Positions 26,572 through 34,874 of a DNA stretch of 64,000 nucleotides are shown one piece after another. Both the position numbers and the translations under genes were made by a program. The stretch covers positions 14,644 to 78,643 of the forward strand of contig JBGTKO010000273.1 of the NCBI GenBank assembly GCA_041744595.1, written 5' to 3'. The notes below the pieces were generated by a model. It was not told the origin of the DNA and searched no databases. It saw only the letters and a program-made list of their open reading frames with translations. Numbering within the stretch: the first letter of the stretch is position 1; each line of letters begins with the position of its first letter. Source of the DNA: Pirellulales bacterium. Its GTDB lineage: Bacteria > Planctomycetota > Planctomycetia > Pirellulales > UBA1268.

Positions 26572-28550
26572 GCATCGTCGTCCAAAGCGACCCACCTGCG
26601 TTTCCCGAGGGGCATGTCCCCCGCCACCTGGTCACGCCATCGGAGGCAAGCCGGCTTGCGACCCGTGGCGGGTCGTTGTCTGCCGGCGTGGTTCGAGGTG
26701 CCAATCTCTCCGGCCGTGACCTCACGGGCATCGACCTCCGGCATGCCGTATTGCAGGAGGTGAATCTGTCCCGGTGCAATCTCTCAGGCGCCGACCTGGC
26801 GTGGGCGATCCTTGTCGATTGCGATCTTTCGGGCGCTCGTGCCGAGGGCCTTGCCTGCGATCACACCGCATTTCAAGGGGGAACGCTGGCGAACGCGCGC
26901 CTGGTCACGTCCAGGATGACGAAGGTGATTTTCGGTTGCTCGCTCGCCGGGACGGTTTTCGAGGGCTGTCAGCTCGACTCGGTGGCGATCGTCAACACCT
27001 CGGGCGAAGGCATACGGTTTTCCGGATGCAGGTTTGAGACGGTGGCATTGAACGCCTTCCAAGCGAAGGCGGCGTGTTTCAGCGGGACGACGCTCCGCCG
27101 AGCCATGATCGACGGCTGTGACTTCACCGGTTCGACCTTTGAAGCGACTCGCTTCGAGGACTCGGTTGTCAGCGGCACCTGCTTTTCTGGCAGTGACTTC
27201 TCCGGTGTCTCGCAGCGGAAGACCATGTTCACGGGCTGCGACTTCTCCGGGAAGACCAAGCTGCCCGCCGTGTGCGACGAATGGTGGCTTTCAGCGTGTG
27301 ACTTCTCCGGCTGTGACCTCTCCGCCCGTTCATTCCGCGGATTGGTCGGCGGAGACTCCCTCTTCGTTCGGGCGAATCTTCGGTCGTCGGTCTTTGCCAG
27401 CGCCAATCTCTCGAAGGGAAAGCTCGCCGACGCGGATCTTACCGGAGCCGACCTCGCGAGAGCTGACCTCCGCGGCGCCGATCTCTCGCGATGCCGGTGC
27501 GACGAGGCCAATCTGGGCGGGTGCCTTCTCGGCGAGGCCGTGCTCACCGGCGCCTCGTTTGGGCGCTCGTCGCTGGCAGGTGCCTCCCTCGCAAAGGCCT
27601 CGTTCGAGCCGGCCGCGATCCACCAGGCCGACCTTTCCCGCACGCGGTACGAAGAGGCCGACTTCACGGGTGTCGATTTCTCCGACCGAGACCTGACCGG
27701 AATGGCGTTCGTCCGTTGCCGTCTCGACGGCGCCCGCTTCGATCGAGCCATGGTCAGCCAAACCGACTTTGAAGGCTCGTCCCTGAAGGGGGCTCGATTC
27801 GTCTCGGCGAAACTCGACAAACCCGTGTTTACCAATGCCGACCTGTCGCAGGCGGACTTGACGGATGCCAGGCTGGAGTGGGGTGACTTCCAGGGGGCCA
27901 CGCTCACCGGGATCATCTGGCGACGGACCCACCTCCATCGCACGTCATTCGACGGCCTGCCCTTCGATCCATCGGGAATCGAGGCCGCCGTATTCGACAC
28001 ATGCACCTTTCGTGCGGTGAACCTTTCCGGTGCGAAACTCGCAGGGCTCGACCTTCATGGGTCGATCTTTGCGGCGGCCGATCTCAGTGGCGCCGATCTC
28101 TCCCAAGCGAATGTCGCCTTCTGTAGCTTTGCCGGCGCGAAATTGGTGAGCGTCATGTTTGCACGCGCGACGGCGAACGGGAGCCTTTTTGACGGCGCCG
28201 ACCTCACGGGGGCCAACTTCACCCACGCGCGGCTCGAAGGAGCCAGCCTCGCGGGGTGCCAATGCCAGCAGGCCGACTTCGCGGACGCGGCGCTCTCCAC
28301 GACGAACTGGTCTGGAGCCCTCCTCGGGGGCGCGTCGCTTGCGGGCGCGAAGCTGGAATGGGCGAACCTCGCGCACGCAGACGTTGCGAATGCCAATTTC
28401 TCCAGAGCCGATTTGTCCGGGGCCAATCTCCATGGCGTGGACCAGGTTACGGCCATGTGGACCGGTGCATCGCTGGCGAAATCCCGTCCTACTGACCGAG
28501 ACCTTTTGGACGCGGAGCGCTGGTTTCCTCCACCGCTCGAGTCGAGCTGA
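26568..28550 (+). CDS. Pentapeptide-repeat protein (660 aa)
   Basis: ATGA overlap with the upstream stop. Nearly the whole product is pentapeptide repeats (GANLSGRDLTGIDLRHAVLQEVNLSRCNLSGADLAWAIL ... ANFSRADLSGANLHGV). Confidence 0.9.
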   Translation: MSIVVQSDPPAFPEGHVPRHLVTPSEASRLATRGGSLSAGVVRGANLSGRDLTGIDLRHAVLQEVNLSRCNLSGADLAWAILVDCDLSGARAEGLACDHTAFQGGTLANARLVTSRMTKVIFGCSLAGTVFEGCQLDSVAIVNTSGEGIRFSGCRFETVALNAFQAKAACFSGTTLRRAMIDGCDFTGSTFEATRFEDSVVSGTCFSGSDFSGVSQRKTMFTGCDFSGKTKLPAVCDEWWLSACDFSGCDLSARSFRGLVGGDSLFVRANLRSSVFASANLSKGKLADADLTGADLARADLRGADLSRCRCDEANLGGCLLGEAVLTGASFGRSSLAGASLAKASFEPAAIHQADLSRTRYEEADFTGVDFSDRDLTGMAFVRCRLDGARFDRAMVSQTDFEGSSLKGARFVSAKLDKPVFTNADLSQADLTDARLEWGDFQGATLTGIIWRRTHLHRTSFDGLPFDPSGIEAAVFDTCTFRAVNLSGAKLAGLDLHGSIFAAADLSGADLSQANVAFCSFAGAKLVSVMFARATANGSLFDGADLTGANFTHARLEGASLAGCQCQQADFADAALSTTNWSGALLGGASLAGAKLEWANLAHADVANANFSRADLSGANLHGVDQVTAMWTGASLAKSRPTDRDLLDAERWFPPPLESS

Positions 28551-28581
28551 ATCAGTGGTGCTGCCGCTTCCCCATAACCCT

Positions 28582-29040
28582 ATGCGACTCCTCCCGTATT
28601 ACGGCCGTCTGCTCGGTTGGTCAGGGTGCCTCGGAATTGCCTTTTCGGTTGGGGTCGTGGCGATCGGAGGGATCATGGCCACTGGTGAAGCGCCCTGGGC
28701 TCTCCCGCTGGTCATGGTGCCATGTGTCACCATGGTGGGCTGGTTCCTGTGGCGGCTGCTGCCGGCGGCCGAATCGCTCAGGATCGCGTCGGTCGGTGCG
28801 CCAGCTCGGGCAACCGTGGTCGAGGTCGGGGAGACAGGCGTGTCGGTGATGAACGCCTGGCTTGTGCGCTTCGTTCTGGATGTTCATTCTGGCGCTGCTG
28901 CCGACTACCGTGTGGCGTTCCGCGAACTCGTTCCGAAACTCGCCATCGGTCATTTTCGCCCAGGTGCTGACATCCCCGTCATGGTGGATCCCGATGATCC
29001 ACAAAGGGTTACGGTCCGAACACCAGCCTCATTCGATTGA
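28582..29040 (+). CDS. Small two-TM membrane protein with C-terminal beta-rich domain (accessory or immunity candidate)
   Basis: ATG at 28582 in frame within ORF 28159..29040. TM helices LLGWSGCLGIAFSVGVVAIGGIMA and WALPLVMVPCVTMVGWFLWRLL. No family recognised with confidence. Confidence 0.55.
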   Translation: MRLLPYYGRLLGWSGCLGIAFSVGVVAIGGIMATGEAPWALPLVMVPCVTMVGWFLWRLLPAAESLRIASVGAPARATVVEVGETGVSVMNAWLVRFVLDVHSGAAADYRVAFRELVPKLAIGHFRPGADIPVMVDPDDPQRVTVRTPASFD

Positions 29041-29124
29041 TGTACAACCACTTCAGGTCCCGATCCTGGCCGGGCCAAACCGGCCTCGACGACCAGGAAT
29101 CAGACAGTTGCGGAGGAAGCCGAC

Positions 29125-29646
29125 ATGCCAGATCTCTTCTCGATCTTGATGCAGCGGACGCTCAATTGGTTCAACCTCGGGGTGCCGCACATTCTGGAAG
29201 ATGTGCAAGATCAGATCGATAATGCAACGGATCAAATGGGTCAGGCGCCACCAGCGACTGGCCTCGTGGTCAACGTGGGGACCGTCTGCATGTGCGACAA
29301 AGGCCTCGCGCCTTCCTCCCCGTTGGTTGGCGTACCGACCGTGACGGCCCAGATGACTCCAGCGTTCAACGCCACGAACGCCGCACCCATCGTGAACATC
29401 CCGCCATTTGGCATGTGCACCTCCACAGCCAATCCGACGGTGGCGGCGGCCACGAGTGCCGCATTCGGCGTTCTCACGCCCATGCCCTGTGTCCCGCTCT
29501 TTTCCATTCCCATGTGGGCCGCCACGAGCACGAAGGTGTTCGTCGGCGGTATGCCTGCCGTCCTCGACAGGAGCACGCTGACATGCCTGTGGGGCGGGCA
29601 GATCAAGGTGATCACCACGGCCAACCAGATCGTCAAGGCAAACTGA
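29125..29646 (+). CDS. DUF4280 PAAR-like protein
   Basis: Pattern VCMCDKGLAPSSP ... NIPPFGMCTS ... PCVPLFSIPMW ... TLTCLWGGQIKV matches the conserved Cys/Gly skeleton of DUF4280. A ~45-aa N-terminal helical extension precedes it. Confidence 0.8.
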   Translation: MPDLFSILMQRTLNWFNLGVPHILEDVQDQIDNATDQMGQAPPATGLVVNVGTVCMCDKGLAPSSPLVGVPTVTAQMTPAFNATNAAPIVNIPPFGMCTSTANPTVAAATSAAFGVLTPMPCVPLFSIPMWAATSTKVFVGGMPAVLDRSTLTCLWGGQIKVITTANQIVKAN

Positions 29647-29652
29647 GGAGGA

Positions 29653-30420
29653 ATGATGAACCATCGCTTGAAGCGGAGCCTTTGGATCCGTGCCGCCGCC
29701 TGGGCCATGCTGGCGTTTTCCGCGTCGGCGTCCCATGCCGCGTATATCCTGACGGCAGTGAATACGCCCGTTACCGAGCAGTTCACGAGTTACGGCGGTC
29801 TCGAAGCACCGGCCAACTGGACGCTCGCCGGCTTGACTGCGCCGCCCTTCAATGGCCAGAGCAACGGATTTTCGACCGGAGGTGGGTTCTATTCGTACGG
29901 AGCTGATGCCAATACAAATCGGGCGCTCGGCTATCTCGGCAATAGCGGCTCGGCTCAGTCAATAACAAACACGGCGACCTTTACGAACTCCACGGGCGAG
30001 ACGATCACGCAGTTGGCTGTCAGCTTCGACGCCCAGCAGTGGCGCAGCGAAAACGGTGGTCGGATCAACGGCTGGGCGGTCAGCATTTCGACCGACGGAG
30101 GCATGATCTATGACCCCGTGAGCGTGGGCAATCTCAGCAGTTGGCAGTCCATCAATACGCTCCCCGAAGGCCCCGTCGACGGGTATACCCAGTTTTCGAC
30201 GCGGTCTGGCACGCTGACCGGGCTCACGATCGCGGATGGCACGAACTTCCTGCTGCGTTGGTCGTCGAACGAGGGTAGCGGGAGCGGCTGGTCCCAGGGC
30301 ATCGCCATCGACAACGTCTCGGTGACGGCCGTTCCCGAGCCGACCGCAACGGTGTTGGGTGGGCTCGCCGCGCTTGCCGCGGCAGGTGTCGCCCGCCGCT
30401 TCCGTCGCCGGGTGGTCTGA
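29653..30420 (+). CDS. PEP-CTERM sorting-domain secreted protein
   Basis: Signal peptide MNHRLKRSLWIRAAAWAMLAFSASASHA. A beta-sandwich-like body ends in GIAIDNVSV. The C-terminal VPEP motif, TM helix and basic tail (VPEPTATVLGGLAALAAAGVARRFRRRVV) follow. Confidence 0.8.
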   Translation: MMNHRLKRSLWIRAAAWAMLAFSASASHAAYILTAVNTPVTEQFTSYGGLEAPANWTLAGLTAPPFNGQSNGFSTGGGFYSYGADANTNRALGYLGNSGSAQSITNTATFTNSTGETITQLAVSFDAQQWRSENGGRINGWAVSISTDGGMIYDPVSVGNLSSWQSINTLPEGPVDGYTQFSTRSGTLTGLTIADGTNFLLRWSSNEGSGSGWSQGIAIDNVSVTAVPEPTATVLGGLAALAAAGVARRFRRRVV

Positions 30421-30432
30421 CCGTCGCCCTTT

Positions 30433-31596
30433 TCATTGCGCGGCGGCAAAGACGGCGTCTCCTCGGTCCTTGTCCGAGCGTTGTGACAACAGGAACGTGG
30501 TCCAGCCGAGGCGGCTCCCCGTGCCACGCTTCTCCTCCGGCATGCCACGGTGACCAAGCCTTGCCCGTGGCACGGCCGAGGCCCGCAGCCGCGGGCGGAC
30601 CCGAAGGTCAAACGCAGGGCCGACGTAGAGTCGGGCCAGGTCGGTCAGCCGCGTCAGTCCCGGCGAGCCCGGAAGCAGTTCGAGAAAGTCGTCCCACTCG
30701 AGAGGACCGACCTCCAGTTCCACCACACTCTGGACGTTCCATACCCGACAGCCAGCGATGGCCCCACCGCCGAGAACGGCATGCTGCCCCTCGGGGAGCG
30801 CGGTGCTCGCGAGTCGCGTCTGGTCGCCGGGTTCCAACTGGAGCCAGCGGCCCACGAATTGACGTGCCGCAACAGGGCGGCGCACCGCGTCGGAAAGGAG
30901 CAGTTCCAGGCCATCGGCCGATCGTGGAAATCGAGCGAAATGGCCGGCGTGGTACAGCACCACCGAATCGTCCACCGCCATCCTGTCACCCAGGCCACGC
31001 GTCCCCAATCCGACCAGGCATGCCATCGCGGCCACGATACCGGACCGCGGACGGACCGCCGAATCATCCCATCCGGCGGTGATACCGCGGAGCGCCGTGC
31101 GTTCCTCCTGAACCGCGACGCGGTGCTTGGACCACGCCCGATAGAACAGCGCGATGGCCCGCTGGTTGAAGACGTCGAGAAAATCCCGAAGGGTCGAGTC
31201 GTGGAGCAGCCGCATCCGATCGATGATGAGGGCGGTGTAGTGCAATGGGAGCACGCCGCACGGCCCGAAGAGCCCGAAGTTCGTGACTTCCAGTCGCGCG
31301 ACGGGTGCCGTGGCATCGGCGAGCGACTCGGAGTCCGGCCGGGCAAGCATGGCGGCGGTCACGCTTCCGGCCGGAAACCCCAGGGATGCCGCGCCTTGGA
31401 ACTCGATCTTGGACCATTCACCGACCCCTTGGACGGTGCGACCCAACTCCGACGGGGCAGGCATCTGGGCCCCTTGTGCCAGCCGGCGGACATGATCGTC
31501 CGTCAAACGAATGGCCTGGAAAAGTTCGAAGTCTGTGGGGGTCGCGATGAGCCGGTCGGTCAAACCAGCACGCGACTGCCTGTTCTCGGCGGCCAT
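30433..31596 (-). CDS. tssG: TssG baseplate subunit
   Basis: The ATG at 31596 is preceded by AAGGAG and overlaps the tssF 3' end by 37 nt. The N-terminal TDFELFQAIRL motif is typical of TssG. The ORF upstream of this ATG is Arg-rich junk. Confidence 0.85.
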   Translation of the reverse strand: MAAENRQSRAGLTDRLIATPTDFELFQAIRLTDDHVRRLAQGAQMPAPSELGRTVQGVGEWSKIEFQGAASLGFPAGSVTAAMLARPDSESLADATAPVARLEVTNFGLFGPCGVLPLHYTALIIDRMRLLHDSTLRDFLDVFNQRAIALFYRAWSKHRVAVQEERTALRGITAGWDDSAVRPRSGIVAAMACLVGLGTRGLGDRMAVDDSVVLYHAGHFARFPRSADGLELLLSDAVRRPVAARQFVGRWLQLEPGDQTRLASTALPEGQHAVLGGGAIAGCRVWNVQSVVELEVGPLEWDDFLELLPGSPGLTRLTDLARLYVGPAFDLRVRPRLRASAVPRARLGHRGMPEEKRGTGSRLGWTTFLLSQRSDKDRGDAVFAAAQ

Positions 31597-33434
31597 CGCC
31601 AGGGCTCCTTGCGGCTGTCCCGCTGCCGTGATGTCGCCACCATGCGGGTAAAGGAATTGATCGTCACATGGCTTGCAAGCAGACGCTCGATCAGGCTTGC
31701 GAACAAATACCCGGCGTGATCGGCAAAACGTTCGTCGTCCAGTTCGAGTTCCACCTCGCAGCCCTGCGCGATCCCTCCGCCGATCCCGGGCACGCGGGCT
31801 GCAACCCGCCTCCCGGAGATACGGCTGATTCCCTGAATCCAACGTTGCTTCTGGGCAAAATCGTCGAGATCATCGTGGAGGTACAGGGTCAACATCTGCC
31901 GGAGCGCCGCGGCAGCCTGTCCATCCCCCTGGTCCACGAGGGACAGGTGATTCAGGGAAAGGTGTGAAATAAGACGCCATGCGGTCCCGCGGCCCGGCTG
32001 GTGACGCAGGGGCCTGGTGGGACGGGCAAGGCACGCGATTCGGCCGACAGGGCCCACGCCGTCGCGCAACGTCAACCGCGGACGATCCACCGTGAACGGG
32101 AGCATGTTCGTGACATTGCGATTCGTACACAAGGCCTCTGCATGGACGGTCAGGTCTGCAATCGCCGTGGGGCCGACGAGGGGATCGATCAAACTGATCC
32201 AGACATCACTGCCGGTATCGACCGTGCCGTCCGGACGAGGCTCCCGGCGGATGCGGCGGGCGGCGGCGTAGCGGAGCCCCTCGAACTCTCCGCCTCGGCT
32301 GACGGTGATCGGGCTTGACTGTCCATAGAGGGGAAGGACCGTCCGCGGTCGCTCGCCGGGCCCACCGGCTCGGACGCCAAGCAGCGAGTAGACCTCGAGT
32401 CCCGCCGGACGGCGAGCGTCGGGCGTCAGGCAGTACTCCGATTCAGTGCCGGTCGTGCGGAGCGGATCGAGCCGCTGAGAAAAGAGGTTGACGACCGGAG
32501 TGCATCCGAGACGGACGGCCGACGCCGTGACGAGTCGTTCGAGTTCGCGGTGGGATTCAGTCAGGATGAACGAGAGACGGAGGCTGGGGCCGCAATCCTT
32601 CGGGATGGCTCCATTGAGACCCTGGACTTCGATAAACAGAAATCGCTGGGGGAGCGTGAAGGCCTCGGACAGGAGTCGGTATCCAGGCGACGTCCGCGAG
32701 TCTGCCGGAAGCGCGGCATCGTCTTGGTCGAAGCCGGAGGCCGTGATAGCTCGCGGTGGGAGCATGACGGCCTTCCCGGAGGCGGGGTCCTCGACCAGCA
32801 CGCCGAGGCACTTTGTCAGGATCAACTCGTAGAGTGCGAGGATCGATTGGCCGACACCGAGATGGAGATGAAATCGGAATCGATCGATCGGCATGTGGCC
32901 GACGGGAACGGTGGGGGCGAACGAGGCCAATTCCACCTGGAGCAAGGCTTCCGCGTGCGGAGGCGGGGCGGTCGGGAGATCGAAGGGGGGAACGGTCACG
33001 CGAGCGCCCCGTACCTCCAGGGGCCACAGGTCGAGGTCGAAGCAGGATCGGTAGAGGCAGGTTTCGTCCGCGACCGATTCCGTCTCGAGGACCGTTCCCC
33101 TCGGCACGCGGTGGCCGGCCACGAGCCCCGCCTGCTTGCGGTCGATTTCCATCTCCACGATCGTCATCGACGGGACGGGACGAAGATAGTGGGGATAGAG
33201 GAGGTCGAGGAGCGTGTCGGAGAGTTCTGGAAAGTCGTCATCCAGTCGGACATGGACACGGGCATTGAGATACGCGACTCCTTGCAGCAGCCGTTCGACG
33301 TGCGGGTCGCGGGACTCGTCGTGACCGAGGCTCAGGCGAGCAGCCACCTTCGGGTGTTCGCGGGCGAACTCTGCTGCCCGCTGGCGGAGTATGGCGAGCT
33401 CCCGTTCGTAGTAGGGCAGGAAGGGGTCACTCAT
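31560..33434 (-). CDS. tssF: TssF baseplate subunit
   Basis: The N-terminus MSDPFLPYYERELAILRQRAAEFAREHPKVAARL..DPHVERLLQGVAYLNARVH..FPELSDTLLDLLYPHYLRPVPS is the canonical TssF signature. 624 aa. Confidence 0.95.
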   Translation of the reverse strand: MSDPFLPYYERELAILRQRAAEFAREHPKVAARLSLGHDESRDPHVERLLQGVAYLNARVHVRLDDDFPELSDTLLDLLYPHYLRPVPSMTIVEMEIDRKQAGLVAGHRVPRGTVLETESVADETCLYRSCFDLDLWPLEVRGARVTVPPFDLPTAPPPHAEALLQVELASFAPTVPVGHMPIDRFRFHLHLGVGQSILALYELILTKCLGVLVEDPASGKAVMLPPRAITASGFDQDDAALPADSRTSPGYRLLSEAFTLPQRFLFIEVQGLNGAIPKDCGPSLRLSFILTESHRELERLVTASAVRLGCTPVVNLFSQRLDPLRTTGTESEYCLTPDARRPAGLEVYSLLGVRAGGPGERPRTVLPLYGQSSPITVSRGGEFEGLRYAAARRIRREPRPDGTVDTGSDVWISLIDPLVGPTAIADLTVHAEALCTNRNVTNMLPFTVDRPRLTLRDGVGPVGRIACLARPTRPLRHQPGRGTAWRLISHLSLNHLSLVDQGDGQAAAALRQMLTLYLHDDLDDFAQKQRWIQGISRISGRRVAARVPGIGGGIAQGCEVELELDDERFADHAGYLFASLIERLLASHVTINSFTRMVATSRQRDSRKEPWRWPPRTGSRVLV

Positions 33435-33446
33435 GGTCTGGGGTCG

Positions 33447-34004
33447 TCATCCAATCGATTCGACGAGAAAGCCACCTTCGGCAGGGTCAACGGCCGAGGA
33501 GAGGAGTACAGGCTCTTCCAAAGCATCGACAACCAGAAGAGCCTCAATGGTAAACCGCAGGCGACGATCGAGTGGCTGCCGCCCCTCCTGGTGGTGGGCT
33601 GGCGTGACACGGACGTGGTGGAGCCGGGACTCGAACGTCCGCAGGACGTCCGCGATCATGGCACAAAGACTCTCCAACTCGTGTGCCTCCCGGATTTCCA
33701 GGCTCTGGAGGTCGGGGAGTCCGTAGTTGACAAGGGACGCCGTGAGCTCCTGGCACCCAGGAGGAAGTTCGTTCAACGGCCGCCGTGCGTTGAGCAGATT
33801 TTGGACGTCACGGCAGATGCCGCGTTTGATCGTCCGGAGCACCGCAGACTCGTACCCGCGGGGTTCGGCTCGGGCCTCCGGCTGGTCATCGAGCAAGCGA
33901 TCGAGGATGCTCGGCAGGAGTTCCGTGTGATTGACGGACGCCTGATGGCTCGATCGCGTGTCAGTGTTGGGAGGCATGGCAAACCCGCGCGTGGGGGAGG
34001 GCAA
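33447..34004 (-). CDS. tssE: TssE (gp25-like baseplate protein)
   Basis: LLPSILDRLLDD near the N-terminus and RTIKRGICRDVQNLLNARR fit the TssE/GPW_gp25 pattern. The start is uncertain (M1 or M10). Confidence 0.85.
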   Translation of the reverse strand: MPSPTRGFAMPPNTDTRSSHQASVNHTELLPSILDRLLDDQPEARAEPRGYESAVLRTIKRGICRDVQNLLNARRPLNELPPGCQELTASLVNYGLPDLQSLEIREAHELESLCAMIADVLRTFESRLHHVRVTPAHHQEGRQPLDRRLRFTIEALLVVDALEEPVLLSSAVDPAEGGFLVESIG

Positions 34005-34018
34005 TCCAAGGACAATAC

Positions 34019-34831
34019 TCAGGCCTGAGCGAAGGTAAGTCGATGGATCTCAAGCATATCGAGGGCTTGCTCTCCATCGAGAACGAATGTCCGCCGGCCG
34101 ACGCCACGAACGTAGCCGGCTTCGTCACCGAGCCAGTCCGTTCGTCGCCCGAGCCTCGTCGCATCATCAGCTCCGTCCAGTGTGCCATACACCGCAGGCA
34201 GGTGGACTTCGGCGTCGAACGCATCCCGAACGACCATGTGTGCCTTCCGCCAGATCAAGTCGAGCGGCCGGGCAGGGGGGGAGAACTCGACCGACACGAC
34301 CGATCGCATCGAGATCCAATAGTACTTGCCGGTGTGGGTAAGGACTTCAAACACATCGGCGGTCACATCGTCCAAATCACGGAAGTCCAGAAATTCGCGG
34401 TCCGGCTGGTCGGGTCCGCCAAGTTTTCCGGGCAGCATTGATCGAGCCGTCTCGGCACCCGCCGATGCGACGGCTGCCGCCGATGCGTCGCCGGACCTGA
34501 GGAGCACAAAGGCTCGCAGCCGCGCCTCACTGGACTGCGCGACACCATCCAAGAACTCCGGCACCCGGCCTTCGTCGAAGAACTGACGCCGGGCCGCTTC
34601 GGCTCGAAGGAGCTGTCGGAGCGGCACGGCGGACACGGCCGCCTGGGGTTCGAGCTCGATGATCGCGTCGAGTTGCCCATCAGCTCGATCATGATCTCCC
34701 GCCACAACCAGCAGCTCAGAAAGCAGCCACCGGTGTTGGAGGTCTGAGGGAGCAGATCGCACGCGTGTCTCTGCGGCAGCAATTGCTCCGCGCACGTCAC
34801 CGTTGCGAAGCATGTCACCGGGGGTATTCAT
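34019..34831 (-). CDS. tagJ: TagJ / ImpE-family T6SS accessory protein
   Basis: TPR-like N-terminus (MLRNGDVRGAIAAAETRVRSAPSD..). ImpE C-terminal signature FEVLTHTGKYYWISMRSVVSVEFSPPARPLDLIWRKAHMVV..VHLPAVYG. Confidence 0.85.
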   Translation of the reverse strand: MNTPGDMLRNGDVRGAIAAAETRVRSAPSDLQHRWLLSELLVVAGDHDRADGQLDAIIELEPQAAVSAVPLRQLLRAEAARRQFFDEGRVPEFLDGVAQSSEARLRAFVLLRSGDASAAAVASAGAETARSMLPGKLGGPDQPDREFLDFRDLDDVTADVFEVLTHTGKYYWISMRSVVSVEFSPPARPLDLIWRKAHMVVRDAFDAEVHLPAVYGTLDGADDATRLGRRTDWLGDEAGYVRGVGRRTFVLDGEQALDMLEIHRLTFAQA

Positions 34832-34874
34832 GGGTCATGTCCTTGTCGAGGGGGGGAAGCAGGGAAAAGGGATT

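Noticed and set aside
25680-28480. Highly periodic DNA that might suggest a repeat array or CRISPR
   Set aside because: The periodicity is 15 nt and imperfect. It reflects in-frame pentapeptide (A[DN]LxG) coding repeats inside two long ORFs. There is no repeat-spacer structure and no cas genes.
32550-34028. 492-aa plus-strand ORF (likewise 35748..37379, 543 aa; 30550..31719, 389 aa)
   Set aside because: These are antisense to tssF/tssE, to the tssC paralogues and to tssG respectively. The minus-strand products match canonical T6SS core proteins from end to end.
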